Source of the DNA: Lingula anatina
Taxonomy: Eukaryota; Animalia; Brachiopoda
Length of the DNA: 64,000 nucleotides
Reading direction: 5' to 3'
Assembly: GCA_051362555.1 (NCBI GenBank)
Contig: CM120645.1
Location: forward strand, 16,554,001-16,618,000
Part shown: positions 1 through 13,095 of the stretch, one piece after another
How the letters are laid out: the number at the start of each line of letters is the position of its first letter
How positions within the stretch are numbered: the stretch's first letter is position 1
Program-made: the position numbers and the translations under genes
The notes under the pieces: model-generated
What the model was told of the DNA's origin: nothing
The model's input: the letters and a program-made list of their open reading frames with translations, nothing else
Database searches by the model: none

Positions 1-2732
1 ATAACTGCATGGTATCATCTCCAGGCTGGTGACTATAATAACACTTAATACAAGATAACATTTGCAACCAAACTAATTGCATAAAAATTGATTGAAACAG
101 GGTTACTGAGTAATCTTCAGAGATCGCAGGAATTAACAGCAAGCATATTAGAATAATGATTGGTTTTTAAGTCTGATTAAAGGAACCGTGTATAGTAGGT
201 GGCCAAAAAGGACACCTTTTTAATGCTGTGCTTATTTAAAACTGAGTAGATAATAAAATTACTTGTAAACGATCAGTCCCAAAATCTTCACCTGCAGCAA
301 GGCGATTTTTTACCACTGCAGTAATTTTAGTAGTTAAAAAAGCATTTGGGAGAAAACCTTTTAATTGCTTCATTTATCCTTGATTAAAAATGCGATCTAG
401 GTTCTTAGTAAATTTTATTAAGTATAACATACCCAATAAACAAAATACTGAATAAAAATGATAGATAAAATGTTTAGGTTAAGTATTGCAGATTAAAGCA
501 TAGGAACACCTGCTTTCTGAACTCTCAAAGGTTATAATTAATCCTTTTTCCTCAGATCCCTCATATATTGTATTGATATGCTGTGTGTACTGCCTGACTT
601 CAAAGCTATTTTAAGAACTCAAGCAGCCAAGTCAGACTTGCTATTACTGGTACAAAAAATGAAATATATCCTGGCTGAAGGCCACTTGGTGAAGTATGTA
701 CTCTTCCTGACATACAGGACATCATAGTATCACACCACTGACCACATGTGAGACCAGATGAAGGATGGAAATAAATTGTAAGTATAATAGAAATCACTCT
801 GATACTGTCCATGCAAACGATGGGCAACCACTCTCTAGCATATGATAATATTCTGAGAGTTATGACTGGTAAAACGTGGTATATTGGTGTAAGTTGGTCA
901 CTTATTATTGGTGCCCCGCATGTGTTAAGCAATTGTCCAGGTGGAGAACCATTCATGAGGGACGTTGACACTTGTGTCCCTACATAGCTTTTGCACTAAT
1001 AGTATGGACCAAGTTTGCACTTTTATGTATGTATGTATGGATGACAAAATTTCATAAATTCAAGTGAATAATGTCATATATCAGCGGACAAAAGGACAAA
1101 ATTGAATACACCTTTATTTTTCATTTGTATATTTAATCATTTATTTATTATTTGAGACTTAAAACCTCCCAGCGTAAGGGAAATATACAGTGCTCAGCAC
1201 TTTTAGTAGGGGAACACTTTTTTTGTATATTTTCATTGTACTACTCAGGCCCATTGGCAGCAGGGGCTTCTCTTGGCCAAGAAATTCTGCAATGAATCTT
1301 AATCTGATCTAGGTTCTAGAATAGGTATTGTATTAAAAATGCCCACTTTTTCAGAATAAGAACTTCAATTTCAAATTGATGGCTACAGCTCATAATATTG
1401 CTACTCGGTACCTTTTATACATATGCAAGTTTGACTTTTACTAAAAGGTGTGTCATCTAAAGGTTCAAGTCAATTATTGCAAGTGCAATGGCAAGGAAAT
1501 ATGATCTGAATATCATAATTATAATACTGACTTCACTAAAATGGGTGATACATATGTACAAAATTTCAAATAAATGATAATTTTCTCTTTGCACTTGAAA
1601 TGTGCATGGTAGCTATTCGTCTGTTTTAAATAAATAGTAATCCACAGTAAGAACATCAGCTTAATAAACTATCTGCAAAGTCTGTTAAGGTTCATCCCCA
1701 GGATCATTATCAATTACTGAAAAGCCTCTACATTCAGGAATGGGAGACAGAGAGCCTTGTCCCTCTCCCTTATCTGGTTTACTCAAAACAGACGTACGTG
1801 TCTGCACGTAATCCTCTCATATTTCATGACATAAACTCACAGAAACCACCATCTAGAAAGGCACTGTTCACACCCTCATTGGACTTTTATTGATCTGTGT
1901 TTTTGAAGGCTAATTTTGCTGCCAGGATATTGCAACTTACCATAATTCACATGATAGCCCAGCACCCCACCCAACTATGAGTTATTTTTTCAAGAATTCC
2001 AAAACATGCAAAATGAGCCCGCTGTTTGATGATCTGAAATATGAGAGTGCCCCCTTAAAATACAGGGCTTCTTTTTAAACAGGGATTCTACCTACCTTTA
2101 ATATTGTTGTTGGGGGCTCTAATGAAACAAAATGTGTCTATTTAAGAAAGGTCTACTATTATATGAGAGATACATACAGTATACAAAGGACATGTAATCA
2201 GGTTACATGGGAGCAAACTTAAGGCATGTAGAAAACCTTGCATGCTGTCGAAGTTGATTGCACTGATTGCATTGCCATGTACTGAGGTATCTACAGGAAA
2301 TCCATGAACAAAATATTGTAGCCAAAGGAAAACATCCATGGCTGTCCACTTATGTTGTTAATCAGTTTGCTGTATTATTAGTGAGAGATCAGAAAATGAT
2401 ACGCCATACCCATATATAAGAGTTTAAACTGAAATAATTCAATCCCTTTAGCTAAAAATGCATAATAGAATTTTACCTACTGAAAGTTTACATTTCAATG
2501 AGGGACAGGAGTAACCCAGTCCCTGGGCTCAGAATTGAGATATCCCAGGATGCAGTTGGCCATGATGTTGATGTGACGCCAGGTAAAGTAGACCCTATTG
2601 TGGACATCTTTTGCAGTGCAGTTCAGAAGTGAAAACTGTGTGTTACCACATTTAAAGCTTTCTTGATATTGTACAAATATCCAAGAGTAGCTATATAAAC
2701 ATGGCCAAATCAAAATTAACATCTATCATACT

Positions 2733-2899
2733 CAGGGGCGGATCCAGAGATATTTTCTGACAGTCTTCCAAATTATCTTTGTTGGTCCATCCTCATTTTT
2801 GACTGTCTTCCAACAGAAAAAGTTAGATATCCGTCAATGTAAACTTGAAAATCTGACCGTCTTCTGGAAGACCCAGAAGACGGCCTAAATCCGCCCCTG
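2733..2899. mobile_element. hAT-like MITE (CAGGGGCGGAT TIR, 5-bp TSD ATACT)
   Basis: CAGGGGCGGAT...ATCCGCCCCTG flanked by atact/atact. A closely similar copy lies at 19232-19402. Confidence 0.85.
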
Positions 2900-3427
2900 A
2901 TACTAGGCATTGATCAAATTTCAAAATACTTTTGTCTTAGAATTAGATTTTGCAGCAGTCAAGTTGCCTACTTGTTAATGTCGGAATCCGTAATCCGAGT
3001 GATTGGCACATGCACATTTCTAATACATATAGCCGACCCTCCCCCCATGGTGTGGGGTTCGTGGCCCGCTAATTTCAAGAGGGGTCCATTGGTGTGATTT
3101 TATTTCAGAACTTGAAGGACCCCGACCCCCCACCCCCATAAATCCCCCACTGCATATACTACCAGTGCAATAACCAAGGCAAGCCTCAATGGCCGCATTT
3201 AGAACAGATGATCCATACAGTAACTATTCCCAAGCACCCAATCAACGTTAGTAGTAAAGGGAGGGCTTTCTATAGCCTTCTTTTTTGTGTGTGTGTGAAC
3301 TCATCAAAGTACCAATTGGCCAGGAGAGAGCCATAGGTGAGACGCTTAAATTTGGCTTAGGTGTCAGTTTAAGAAGAGCAAGACAGTTAGTCAGCTTATC
3401 CCACAGCCAGTGCTTTGAACAATAGGA

Positions 3428-3641
3428 TAATTGCACTTGTTTTTCGCTTACATGCACTTTTATACTTTTATACCCTTCTGTGCATTCATCCTATATTTTG
3501 AAGTACCAGCTGAGGGATACTTAGTCAGTTACAACTCCTCGTCGTCCACTTTTTGCAACTTGCATAAGCAAATAATATGCCACGATATAATTACGCATTT
3601 GTATGTCGCATACAGTGGATGACTTGTATGGCAACTGGTAC
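3428..3641 (-). repeat. Dispersed repeat, inverted homologue of about 61408-61630
   Basis: ttgcacttg...atacccttctgtgcattcatccta...agtcagttacaact...cgtccact...gatataattacg is the reverse complement of the 61.4-61.6 kb segment. Confidence 0.7.
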
Positions 3642-5284
3642 TTATATAACTATAATAAGGTAAGGGATAGGTCAGGTGTGAAAGCTGTGTTGTTTACCAC
3701 ACTTCCCCACGTATAATTTCACCAAGAAAATGAACGATGGGCCAAGAGAAAGCATGTTATCTGGACAATTTTGAATGAGACTACGTACTTCCCCATTTTT
3801 TCTGGAAATTATTGGGCATTTGGAACTTGAAAAAGAACCCTTTTGCTCCATGTTTCTTCATACTCAGTACAACCGTAGGCCTACACTCGACACTCCGACA
3901 TGATGGGTCAGATCAACATCATATGCCGCTGAGGTACACTGCATTCTAGGATTGATTGAGGCAGCTCACAGGGCAGGAGGAGTTCTGGTAATTTATATAT
4001 ATATCAAATATATATTTAAATAAAAAGTAAATGATTGTATTACTACATGCTGCGAGTTCTCCATGAAATATCTAAACAATGTGGTCAATGTGTTGTTGAA
4101 CAATATTAGGAACAGTGCAGGAGATATATTATGATGGAAAAATACATATAGGAATTAGTTTGCCCTGTAAAGGAATCTTCTAAACTTAAATGATTCACCT
4201 GTATTAAATGAAGTCACAATGAGAACAATTTGCTAAAAAAACTCAAATTTCTCATGACTTAAAAAAAATCATTCTTTATCAATGTGTTGCCCAGATGTAG
4301 ATCTCTAGCTGATCTGGTTTTGCTCTTAGGCTAACAAAAAAGTCATGCTGAATGGTATTCATGCACCAAGAAATAAGGTGATCGACTGTTGATCTACCAG
4401 TGGCTTAATATCTATATTGCATGACACTGACAGAACAGATGTGAGCAGAAGAGCAGTTCATTTTCTCTTTCTGGGCAGCCTGTGACTGATACTCCATGGG
4501 ACATTATAACCTTTACTTTTCTTTCACTGCTCATGCTTTGCATTCAACATTCCATTCAATTTTTTTATGAGAGAGAGAAGATCAACTGCATGTCTGATAT
4601 CATTTCATATCTGCTAGTCCTGTCTATTATTGCTCTTTCAAGTGGTGAAGGTAATGGAACTATCATCATTTGCATTTGTCTCTCTGTCTCCTGTTTTTCA
4701 GAGTAAAAGTAATCACAAAAATCAGGATAAGCCAAAAAAAAAAAATGAGATTTTAAAAAGTAAATGCAATATTGAATGAAAACTGATACATTGGGTACCT
4801 CTGGGATTCATCATATTTGCAAATGTTGCTTGTTCATAGAAGCATGCACCTCGGAATTTGCCATTTCTAATCTGTATCTTATTTTAATGATTATTTTCCC
4901 CACTAAACCCATGTGTTTAAGTAATAAACTTATCTGCCCCTTTTCATGGAAAAAAAGTCATTAGTTGCTTAACTGCAGTCCTTATTGTGTATCGGTCTTG
5001 AAACAGAGTGCAGTTTAAATTGAAATTAAGTTTTCATGTTAAATGTGAAATTCATCCCTTCATCATTAGTATCCTTACATTAAGTAGAATTCATTTGTTC
5101 AGAAAGATTTCCAGGGTAGAGAATTACTTTTCACATGTCAAAAAATGCCCATGCTTGTTTCATATGTGCATTTCAAAATAAACTATTACTTTTAGTGCAA
5201 AAGCAAAAGTTTAAAAATTCCTAGCATTTTCACGCAGTTCCAGTGCAAATATCACACAGGCTTCCCAAAACTTATGCACAGTAC

Positions 5285-5380
5285 CTTTTCTGAACATCCA
5301 CCATTGTGAACTGCACAAGAATTGGTTGCTATGCAATATGTGCCATTTCCTTGGAAGCCAGGATTGCAAAGGCACTCAAA
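5285..5380 (-). CDS. Stabilin-like protein, internal exon D
   Basis: cttttctag acceptor, aag|gtactg donor. 96 nt, phase 0-0. Translates FECLCNPGFQGNGTYCIATNSCAVHNGGCSEK, continuing the EGF repeat from exon C. Confidence 0.9.
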
Positions 5381-5807
5381 CTAGAAAAGAGAAAGATAAT
5401 ATTTTTAATTTAATTAATTTAACTTTATTTCTGATTAAAATTACAAAACTTACCAAAAACATGAAAAGTGTAAATCACAGAATATTTTTTGTGTTTCTTT
5501 CATTAGTCCACACTTACAGCTGCCCAGGTATATAAACCATACACCTAGGTTGACAGGCATTGTGTTAGCTGTGTCACTAAAAAAGTATCAGATATGATGG
5601 GAATGTGTAAGTTGCACCAATAAGTGTGATTGAAATATGTTAGATGTGCCACAGTCTGAATGTATTAATTGTGCCAATAAGAGTATATAGATAAAATGCT
5701 TTGATACCAACCTGCCCTGCCATTAAAGCAGAGCAAACTGAAGATCAAGTTTTGAAAAATTCATAAGTAAGTCCATCAATTATTCTTAAGGTGCAGCACA
5801 TACTACA

Positions 5808-6784
5808 CACCCAAACCCAATATAGAGATGCAGTTCACATGCTGAAGTGTCAAAAAATAAAAATGAATGAATTCAAAATTGTATACAATATTTCAAAACA
5901 TATATGTGTGTAGAACAAAAATCCACGACTGTCTCAACTGAAATTCAATTTTTAAATTTTTAAATTTTACCATGTCTTTAACATTACGCAAAGAGCCCTA
6001 TATGGTAACGTATGTTCCAAAAAACTGTACGGTAACGTATGTTCTTGCCACTTAATTTTCATTTTTAAGCCACGTTCCGATATAGTTTTAGTGGTTCAGT
6101 CATGGTAAATTAGACATGACGTAAGGACGTTTTTATAAATATTTAAACTGTATCTCAAGGGGATTTCCGTCATCACTTATACTAGGTAACATATGTTCCC
6201 TAGAAAAATTGTCAAAATGTTACATTTTGTTCAAGTACTTATGTGCAAGAGATACAATGTTTTCTTTTGCTGACCGAACAATATATTGTGGTTCCATGAT
6301 AGTTTGACATTTCTGATATAATATTTGGATCATGAAGGGAATTTTTTTTTTTTTTTTTTTAATGCTTATTTTACTGTCGGTAGGGTGTATTTTCCCCGTT
6401 TTTTTAATATTCTGTGACAAGCAAACTAAAGTCGCTCAAAAACAATTAACTGGTCTATACAGAAGATTATCATAATTTTTAGCAATGTTATACTAGTACT
6501 TGTAGGAGATAAATCAATGAACAAAACCAGTGATGACTGAATTTTCAAAGTGAGTAGAACGTTTCACAGTTGAACGTTTTGTATTTGTGACAGTAACGTA
6601 TGTTCCTTTTTGGGTTAAACGATGAATTATTTTAAATTATTCATGGTTCCAGGAGAGTGAAACTTTAATACAAGCTTCTTCATGTGGGACCCTAAAATAA
6701 TCAAAAACAGTTAGCAATCTGGCAGTAAATATCTTTAATAACATGCTTGTGGCATCAATTGCACCTCTATATTGGGTTTGGGTG
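5808..6784. mobile_element. Non-autonomous DNA transposon, Chapaev-like (CAC...GTG termini, 4-bp TSD TACA)
   Basis: TIR CACCCAAACCCAATATAGAG / CTCTATATTGGGTTTGGGTG, flanked by taca/taca. Internal GTAACRTATGTTC motif near 6005, 6032, 6186 and 6593. Lies in the stabilin C-D intron. Confidence 0.8.
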
Positions 6785-6934
6785 TACAGCATCCATGACC
6801 TTGTAATAATACTATAATAATATATATGACATTTACAAATAGTAAGACTTCTCAGATGAGCAACATGTTATTACACTACTGGGAATCAAATATGAAATAA
6901 TAGGATATCTTTGATGGACACTTGATAATAATAC

Positions 6935-7087
6935 CTGTCCTGGTATGAGCAGCACACAGCGAGCATCTGGGTGACAGTCATTGTGTACTGTACACACTGC
7001 AATAGGGGAGCAGGATTTCCCATCACCATGCCAACCAGGGTCACAAACACAAACACTTTTACCTGGACCTGTTTGTATGCACTTGGC
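6935..7087 (-). CDS. Stabilin-like protein, internal exon C
   Basis: ttttcag acceptor, cag|gtatta donor. 153 nt, phase 0-0. Translates AKCIQTGPGKSVCVCDPGWHGDGKSCSPIAVCTVHNDCHPDARCVLLIPGQ (EGF repeats). Confidence 0.9.
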
Positions 7088-7318
7088 CTGAAAATGTATT
7101 GGGATTTGTTTGTCTTAAGATTTTCTTCCATATCAAATACTTTTAGGTAAATTTCTATTATGAAGTTGCCTTAAGATTTTATTAATTAACTATATTCATT
7201 GTAAAAAGCAATATGATTACCTTGTCCTATAAGTGTCCTATAGCACAATTAATTAACCCTACATACAGTTTTGCATTTTAATTTGATTTCACATATTATG
7301 TAATTTATCTATAGATAA

Positions 7319-7373
<55 letters not shown>
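7319..7373. repeat. Compound (CT)n(CA)n microsatellite
   Basis: Seen directly, a few nt from the exon B splice donor. Confidence 0.95.
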
Positions 7374-7378
<5 letters not shown>

Positions 7379-7379
7379 C

Positions 7380-7545
7380 CTGTGGATGGCAGCCCCCTCT
7401 GTCTGGTAATGCACAGGGATCAATGGGGAAACATTCTCTCCCATTCCCTGTGTACCCAGTGTTGCAGGAACACATGTACCGGTATCGTGTTCTAGGACCT
7501 AATGGTAGCAGACTTAATAAGGGCAGTAAACTTCCTAAGGGTTGT
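7380..7545 (-). CDS. Stabilin-like protein, internal exon B
   Basis: tttttcag acceptor, cag|gtgttt donor. 166 nt, phase 2 to phase 0, joining exon A as AG|A. Translates (R)QPLGSLLPLLSLLPLGPRTRYRYMCSCNTGYTGNGRECFPIDPCALPDRGGCHPQ. Confidence 0.85.
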
Positions 7546-8860
7546 CTGAAAAAAATAAATAATATGAAATGATGTAAATAAATCATCATTAATGTAAAAA
7601 AGCAAGAAGAAATTTAGACTGTTTTTACCATTGTTTATTGCCTGACAACTGTTTTGACAGGAGGCTTTACAGGGGCATATACAGATTTCAAAATGACAAT
7701 GATTATAAAACAGAAAATATGTATGTCACATCATATGTCCTCTTGTACTGTCGTGCACAAAGTAATGCATATAGTAAAGCAAATTGTAGCATTAGATTAC
7801 AATTACAAAATTAATAACTACATAACAGTTTCAATACAAAATTAATTGGTATATAATACATTCTCCAACAGGTGAACAACTCTGGGCAAAATAGTCGTTG
7901 GGCAATGAAAGATGGAGGAAACAGACTAAATTTGTTCTCTTGTCTCTTTATAAGCTCCCCAGCCATGGGTAGAGCACTTTTTCATGTGAACAGTCAATAT
8001 TTTTTCTATACACATATGTGGTGTATATATATTTTTAGTTTTATGTTAAATCTGATAATCTGTTCATTTAATTATCTCATTAATACTAATTTAAAATCAA
8101 TTTAAAATGTCCATGTATGGTAGAGAAATCAGTTAAGTCCTTGTTAGTCTGGGGACAGAGAATTGTTTCATTTTTATATATTTTATTTTCCTAAATATAT
8201 TTTAAGATACCAGGCTTCACACAACCTTATAACTCATTGATAGTTGCACTATGGGGTAGAAACTCTTTCTATAGTTAAGACTTCATATATTTAACTAGTC
8301 ATTCAACACTAAGATCATATTATCAGATTCAGAACAGAGAGGCTCTTTAAGAAACCAAACTATCTAGTTCTTTCCAAGTACAGAGAAAAGATACAAACAA
8401 CAAGATTTCATCTCTCCAAATCATTACTAAGGTGGATGGAGGATGACCCTTTTATCCCCACTCCCTTCCACCAGCTATCTATAGAGTCTAATTATTTCAT
8501 AGAATCTTTAATGCTCAATGTATCTTTGATTTTCAGGACATAATCCAACTAATTGTATGTATGGCTATAACACAGACTCCAGCACATGATGACAAACTTT
8601 ATTTTAAAGGTAAAAAGATAACAAAAAGACAGTTCTCATTGGTCAGTTACCTTTCCCTTTTGCTGGAATGCAAAAGATAATTATTAATAATAATAATAAT
8701 TTATTTCTTAAAACTGTGCTTAATATATGTCTCAGCACTGTTTACATAATTATAAAATTGAAAACTACAAAGATCAGGTGAAAGGATGTTCACATGTTGC
8801 TGACATTTAATAGTAAATAGTAGATAATTTAGTGAATTAATTTGTTTCTATAGAGACTTA

Positions 8861-9075
8861 GAGTGCATTCCCAGAGATTTAGATCGATCCATCCGAATCG
8901 ACCTAACTCCCTGGGGGTTCACGCTAAATTGCAGTCAGCCAAGCATGCATGACAGTTAATTACCCCCTTACAGCTTTTAGTAGGCGGGACAGACATTTAA
9001 GCCAGCTAAGCTGACAGTGATCTAGTGAGACTTCCCACGGGGATAGATCGATCTAAAATCTGTGGGAATGGGGTC
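8861..9075. mobile_element. PIF/Harbinger-type (Tourist-like) MITE, family A copy 1
   Basis: 215 bp, TIR core ATTCCCAGAGATTTAGATCGATC, TSD TTA/TTA. Confidence 0.85.
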
Positions 9076-9142
9076 TTAGACTTTTTACATGTATCACCAT
9101 AACACAAAAGACAATGAAAAGCTTATATTGCTTTTAATAAAA

Positions 9143-9188
<46 letters not shown>

Positions 9189-11818
9189 ACTAAGATTTTT
9201 TATTATCTTTACACAAGGAGAATGAAAAACCTATTTCACTGCACAATAAAAGTGTTATCCTAATTCCAGTTCAAAATTCCTCAAGGCTCAAACCTTTTTC
9301 TCACTTATGGTGCCACACATGCAACAGAGATATGGCCATTATTCACATAAGTCATACAGGACATATTACAAATAAATAGAAAATTTTATCCCTCCTTATC
9401 AAACAAGTAAATTTTATAGATACTCAAGAGCCTTACAGGACTTTCACCGTCACAGTCACCTTTATTTGGGATCATCTTTAATACTTTGTATAGAGGAATA
9501 GATACATTCAGTAATTACCAGATATTGATGACAAGAAAAGTTTCAATGAGCATGTTCTTGTACTGTAACATTTACATGATTAATGATATTGGGATTCAGC
9601 CAAAGTTTTGGTAACACTGTACCCAAACAATTCAATTACATAATCAAAGATTACAAATAGAAAATAAAGAAAGACAAAGTCTGCTCTTTCTGGAATAATG
9701 GGTTTGTTGTGCCTTTTGTACCTTTATCCTAATGTTCTGCCTTATTTGGGGTGCCAATGATCCATAGGATTGACAAATAAATTTTCACAGGTTTGACAAC
9801 CTTTATTTGCCTGAAAAACATCTACTATTATTACATGCAAGCCTGGTTAAAATCTGTTTCATGTTTACCATACCTTTGAAATGTACAGTTATTCTACCTT
9901 AGCCGTTAAAAATATTTGCAGAATGTCATAGTTTTATTGTATATTTCCATTTAATGCAGTGGAAAAAAACTATAAGCATCTTGCACATTTTAATGACATA
10001 AACATCACATTAGTCTATGATATGAAAGGTTGAAATTTTTAATAAAAAAACTAATGATGCTTTCGGCCAATACCATCCATTTTTCTGAGTGTAGGTTACA
10101 AATTCAAATTACAAACTTTGTAAGATCAACTTGGAAAATCAGACTATAGTGTTGTGAATCAAGACTGCAGTGGCAATTATTTGAATTATTTTTCTATTAT
10201 TATCATATGCTTTTCTACTTGTCTTATCTATAAAATTTGGAAACGGGTTTTGTACAAAGAGCAATTTTACCTCTTCTTATCAGTCTTGCTGCGAACATTT
10301 GGAAATTTTAATTAAAAGAAGACAAAAAATAAAAGTGGAATGGTCACTAACTTCCTGGCATGGCTAAAGTAATTTACAAAGCCATCATGCATGCCACTGC
10401 CTAATTAAAATAGGGGTCTCTCTGAAAGGTCCTGATCTCAACATCGTCAATGACTTCCAAATGTTTTGTCTTTGGGGTTTTGTAATACCTGAAATAATTC
10501 ACTCACTTGCATATGGACCTGTTCACACATAAGCAAAAGATAAACTGAAAATTTCAGAACTACATTATGTCAGTGCTTTGCAGGGTGTGATTTCAACCAA
10601 ATAATACCAAATAATATTTGGCTAAATGTGATGCCATTAAGAACACGTTAATATGATGCTCTGACACTGGTTACAATGGATTACAGTGAGGATGTTTAGT
10701 GTCATTATGACCAAATCAGATACCATTTGGTTAGGCCTGTCTTAACACAGCTGTTATGCATGTACACATTTTTCACAAGCATAAGAAGAAAATGTGAGCA
10801 ATGTGTTCAAAATGGCATTATCCTCTGTGCACACAGGTCAGGAAGGAAGCCTTTCAATAGGAAACAAGAACCGAAGTTGATAATTGTACTTCTTTTGTAG
10901 GTTATCACCTCCATCTATGTTACCCAACTGTCTGAATTCTAGGAGCACTTAATCGTCCGCATTTTTAGGAAGGTAAGAATTCCAAAGTTTATTTTAAATT
11001 TGTTTTTTTTTTTTTTATCAAAAATATATGTAACTTCACTATTTTAAGCCTGATTTCCCTAACTGAATATGATAAATAGTATGGTAATGACTTGATTTTT
11101 TTCAATGGGAAATTTGATATAATAAAAAAAAAGTCATATTCTGTATAGCTAGACATGGGGAGGGGGCTTTGGAGATAATGGAGTTCAGTAGGACCTGCAC
11201 GAAAAGAAAACTACAGGTCCTCCTAATTTTATGCAGTTCCCTTAGTTGATGTTTACGTATAATTCATTTTTATGCATTGTATCTCCAAATATACCTTGTC
11301 AGTCCAGACAACCTGGATTAATTATCAAAAATATTGCTGTTCCTCTAGCTTTTTAGGAGGTCATGACCGACAGTTTCCATATCTCTGCTATAGCATTTTT
11401 GGTACTTTTACTGTATAAAAATAAAATTATAGTGTAGGCTGCTTTTCATTTTTGTTGCTACCATTGAACAGGAATATTCTAATTTTCTAATATAAAGAAT
11501 TTTAATGTTTAAAAAAATACAATATCTGTAAAATTCATTACCATGTGTTCCAATTGAAGATATCTTGTGCACGGACAATTAGTTTTACAATTAGTTTTAA
11601 TACCCTCTTTGCCAAAATCAGACAACTGTATTTAAAACTTGTTGTTATTATATATCATCACATGTTTATCAGCAGTTCTCTACTACCTGCAGCCTTGTAT
11701 AAGAAAATTCTTAACAGTTGCCATTAGGAACTGTGCATGGACACTGAAGAGTGTTGCAGCAAATTTTCTTAAAAGCACAATATTCTAAGGTTTTATTACG
11801 AATAACTTTTAGATACAT

Positions 11819-11820
<2 letters not shown>

Positions 11821-11890
<70 letters not shown>
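11821..11890. repeat. (AT)n microsatellite
   Basis: About 35 AT units. Other simple repeats: (AT)n 9151-9185, (TAA)n near 12360 and 12962, (ATTT)n 17565-17613 and 53153-53190, poly-G 18177-18193. Confidence 0.95.
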
Positions 11891-11894
<4 letters not shown>

Positions 11895-12764
11895 ATCAAA
11901 AATCTGTGGTAACATGTTGTTCATCACACCTTTGTCAATAACTACATTATGTTGGTTATTTCACCTGCACAATTCACGGCATTATCTTCCTAACAGATTG
12001 CTATCTACACCCATTTAGGATTATTGAGTTAAGGTCCAAAAACATGTCTTTGCACCTTAGTGCAATGACAGCCCTACCTGTTACAGATTTGTTGATCAGC
12101 ATTCCTAGTCCCTAAGAATATACCACATATGAAAAGTTGATTCACATAAATCAGAAAATGGAGGTTATAACTTAATTAAAGCAACGTGATAATATGTTTC
12201 AGGGTATATACTGTAAAAATCTTAATTTGTTTTGCTTGTGACTAGAGATATCTGTTTGTCACACTCATCAATATATAATCCACTGATGACAATGAAAAAA
12301 CACTTTTTATTTGAAAATAATTCATACAATATTTGATATAATGTCCTTGAGCTGACTGAATAATAATAATAATAATAATAATAATTAGAACAATAAGACA
12401 CCTATCTTACCTAACACCTATCAGATTTCTTACTTTCATTCCCTTAGGACTTGAGAACATATCTTTAAACTGCAGTCAGAATGTTGCATATGTCTCTTTG
12501 CAGAATTGTTAAAGCTCAAAAAACATCTTAAAACTTTTCCCTTCAGATTAAAAACAACTACATTTTATTGATATTCAAGCAATTAACAGGGTTTATGTAT
12601 GATATAAAACAAGTCTTTTCAGAATAATCTCATCCCTATTGTTTTTTAAGGGTATGATTGTCCTTGGTAGTCCAAATTACCTGTAGTCCAAATAACATTT
12701 CTTAATTCTAAGCAATTTATAAAAAATCAGTTTTTGATCCAAAAAAAAAAAAAAAATGTTTTAC

Positions 12765-12951
12765 CTTCTTGGTCTGTCAATCTCACAATGGGCATGAACA
12801 TGACAGTGCAGCAGTTTCTTGTCAAATGCTGGACAAACTTTCCATGTCTTGTCGCAGTTGTCACCAGTATATGAAAACTGACAGGAACCAGGCTTGCACT
12901 TTCCGTCACCATCGATAGTATTGTGGCAAGTCCCCTCAATGCATGTACAAG
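12765..12951 (-). CDS. Stabilin-like (STAB1/STAB2 family) EGF-repeat protein, internal exon A
   Basis: Minus strand ttacag|...|gtaaaa. 187 nt, phase 1 to phase 2. Translates CTCIEGTCHNTIDGDGKCKPGSCQFSYTGDNCDKTWKVCPAFDKKLLHCHVHAHCEIDRPR, matching the stabilin CxCxxGTCxNxIDxDGxC...CDK...CHxHAxC pattern as recalled. The ORF track reads it in the wrong frame. Confidence 0.88.
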
Positions 12952-12960
12952 CTGTAATAT

Positions 12961-12992
<32 letters not shown>

Positions 12993-13095
12993 TCTATAAT
13001 CTGTGATAGAAAAGTACTTTGTTGTATAAGATATCAAGCATTTTTTTTTTACGTTTCATCATGAAACAATTAAGAGACAATGAAAAACCCACTAA

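Noticed and set aside
606-971. 121-aa minus-strand ORF as the next stabilin exon
   Set aside because: No EGF cysteine spacing or fasciclin motif, no convincing splice sites, and a non-ATG start.
1186-1230. TA-CAGTGCTCAGCA Tc1/mariner-like terminus
   Set aside because: No matching inverted end found.
6001-6610. Repeated GTAACGTATGTTC as a CRISPR-like array
   Set aside because: 13-bp units with irregular spacing inside a TIR element in eukaryotic DNA, with no cas genes.
9722-9736. 15-nt microexon-like unit
   Set aside because: TAA stop in phase 2 and a poor polypyrimidine tract.
12434-12469. 36-nt cag|...|gtaaga unit as an extra stabilin exon
   Set aside because: In-frame TGA in the required phase 2. 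It shows that such patterns arise by chance.
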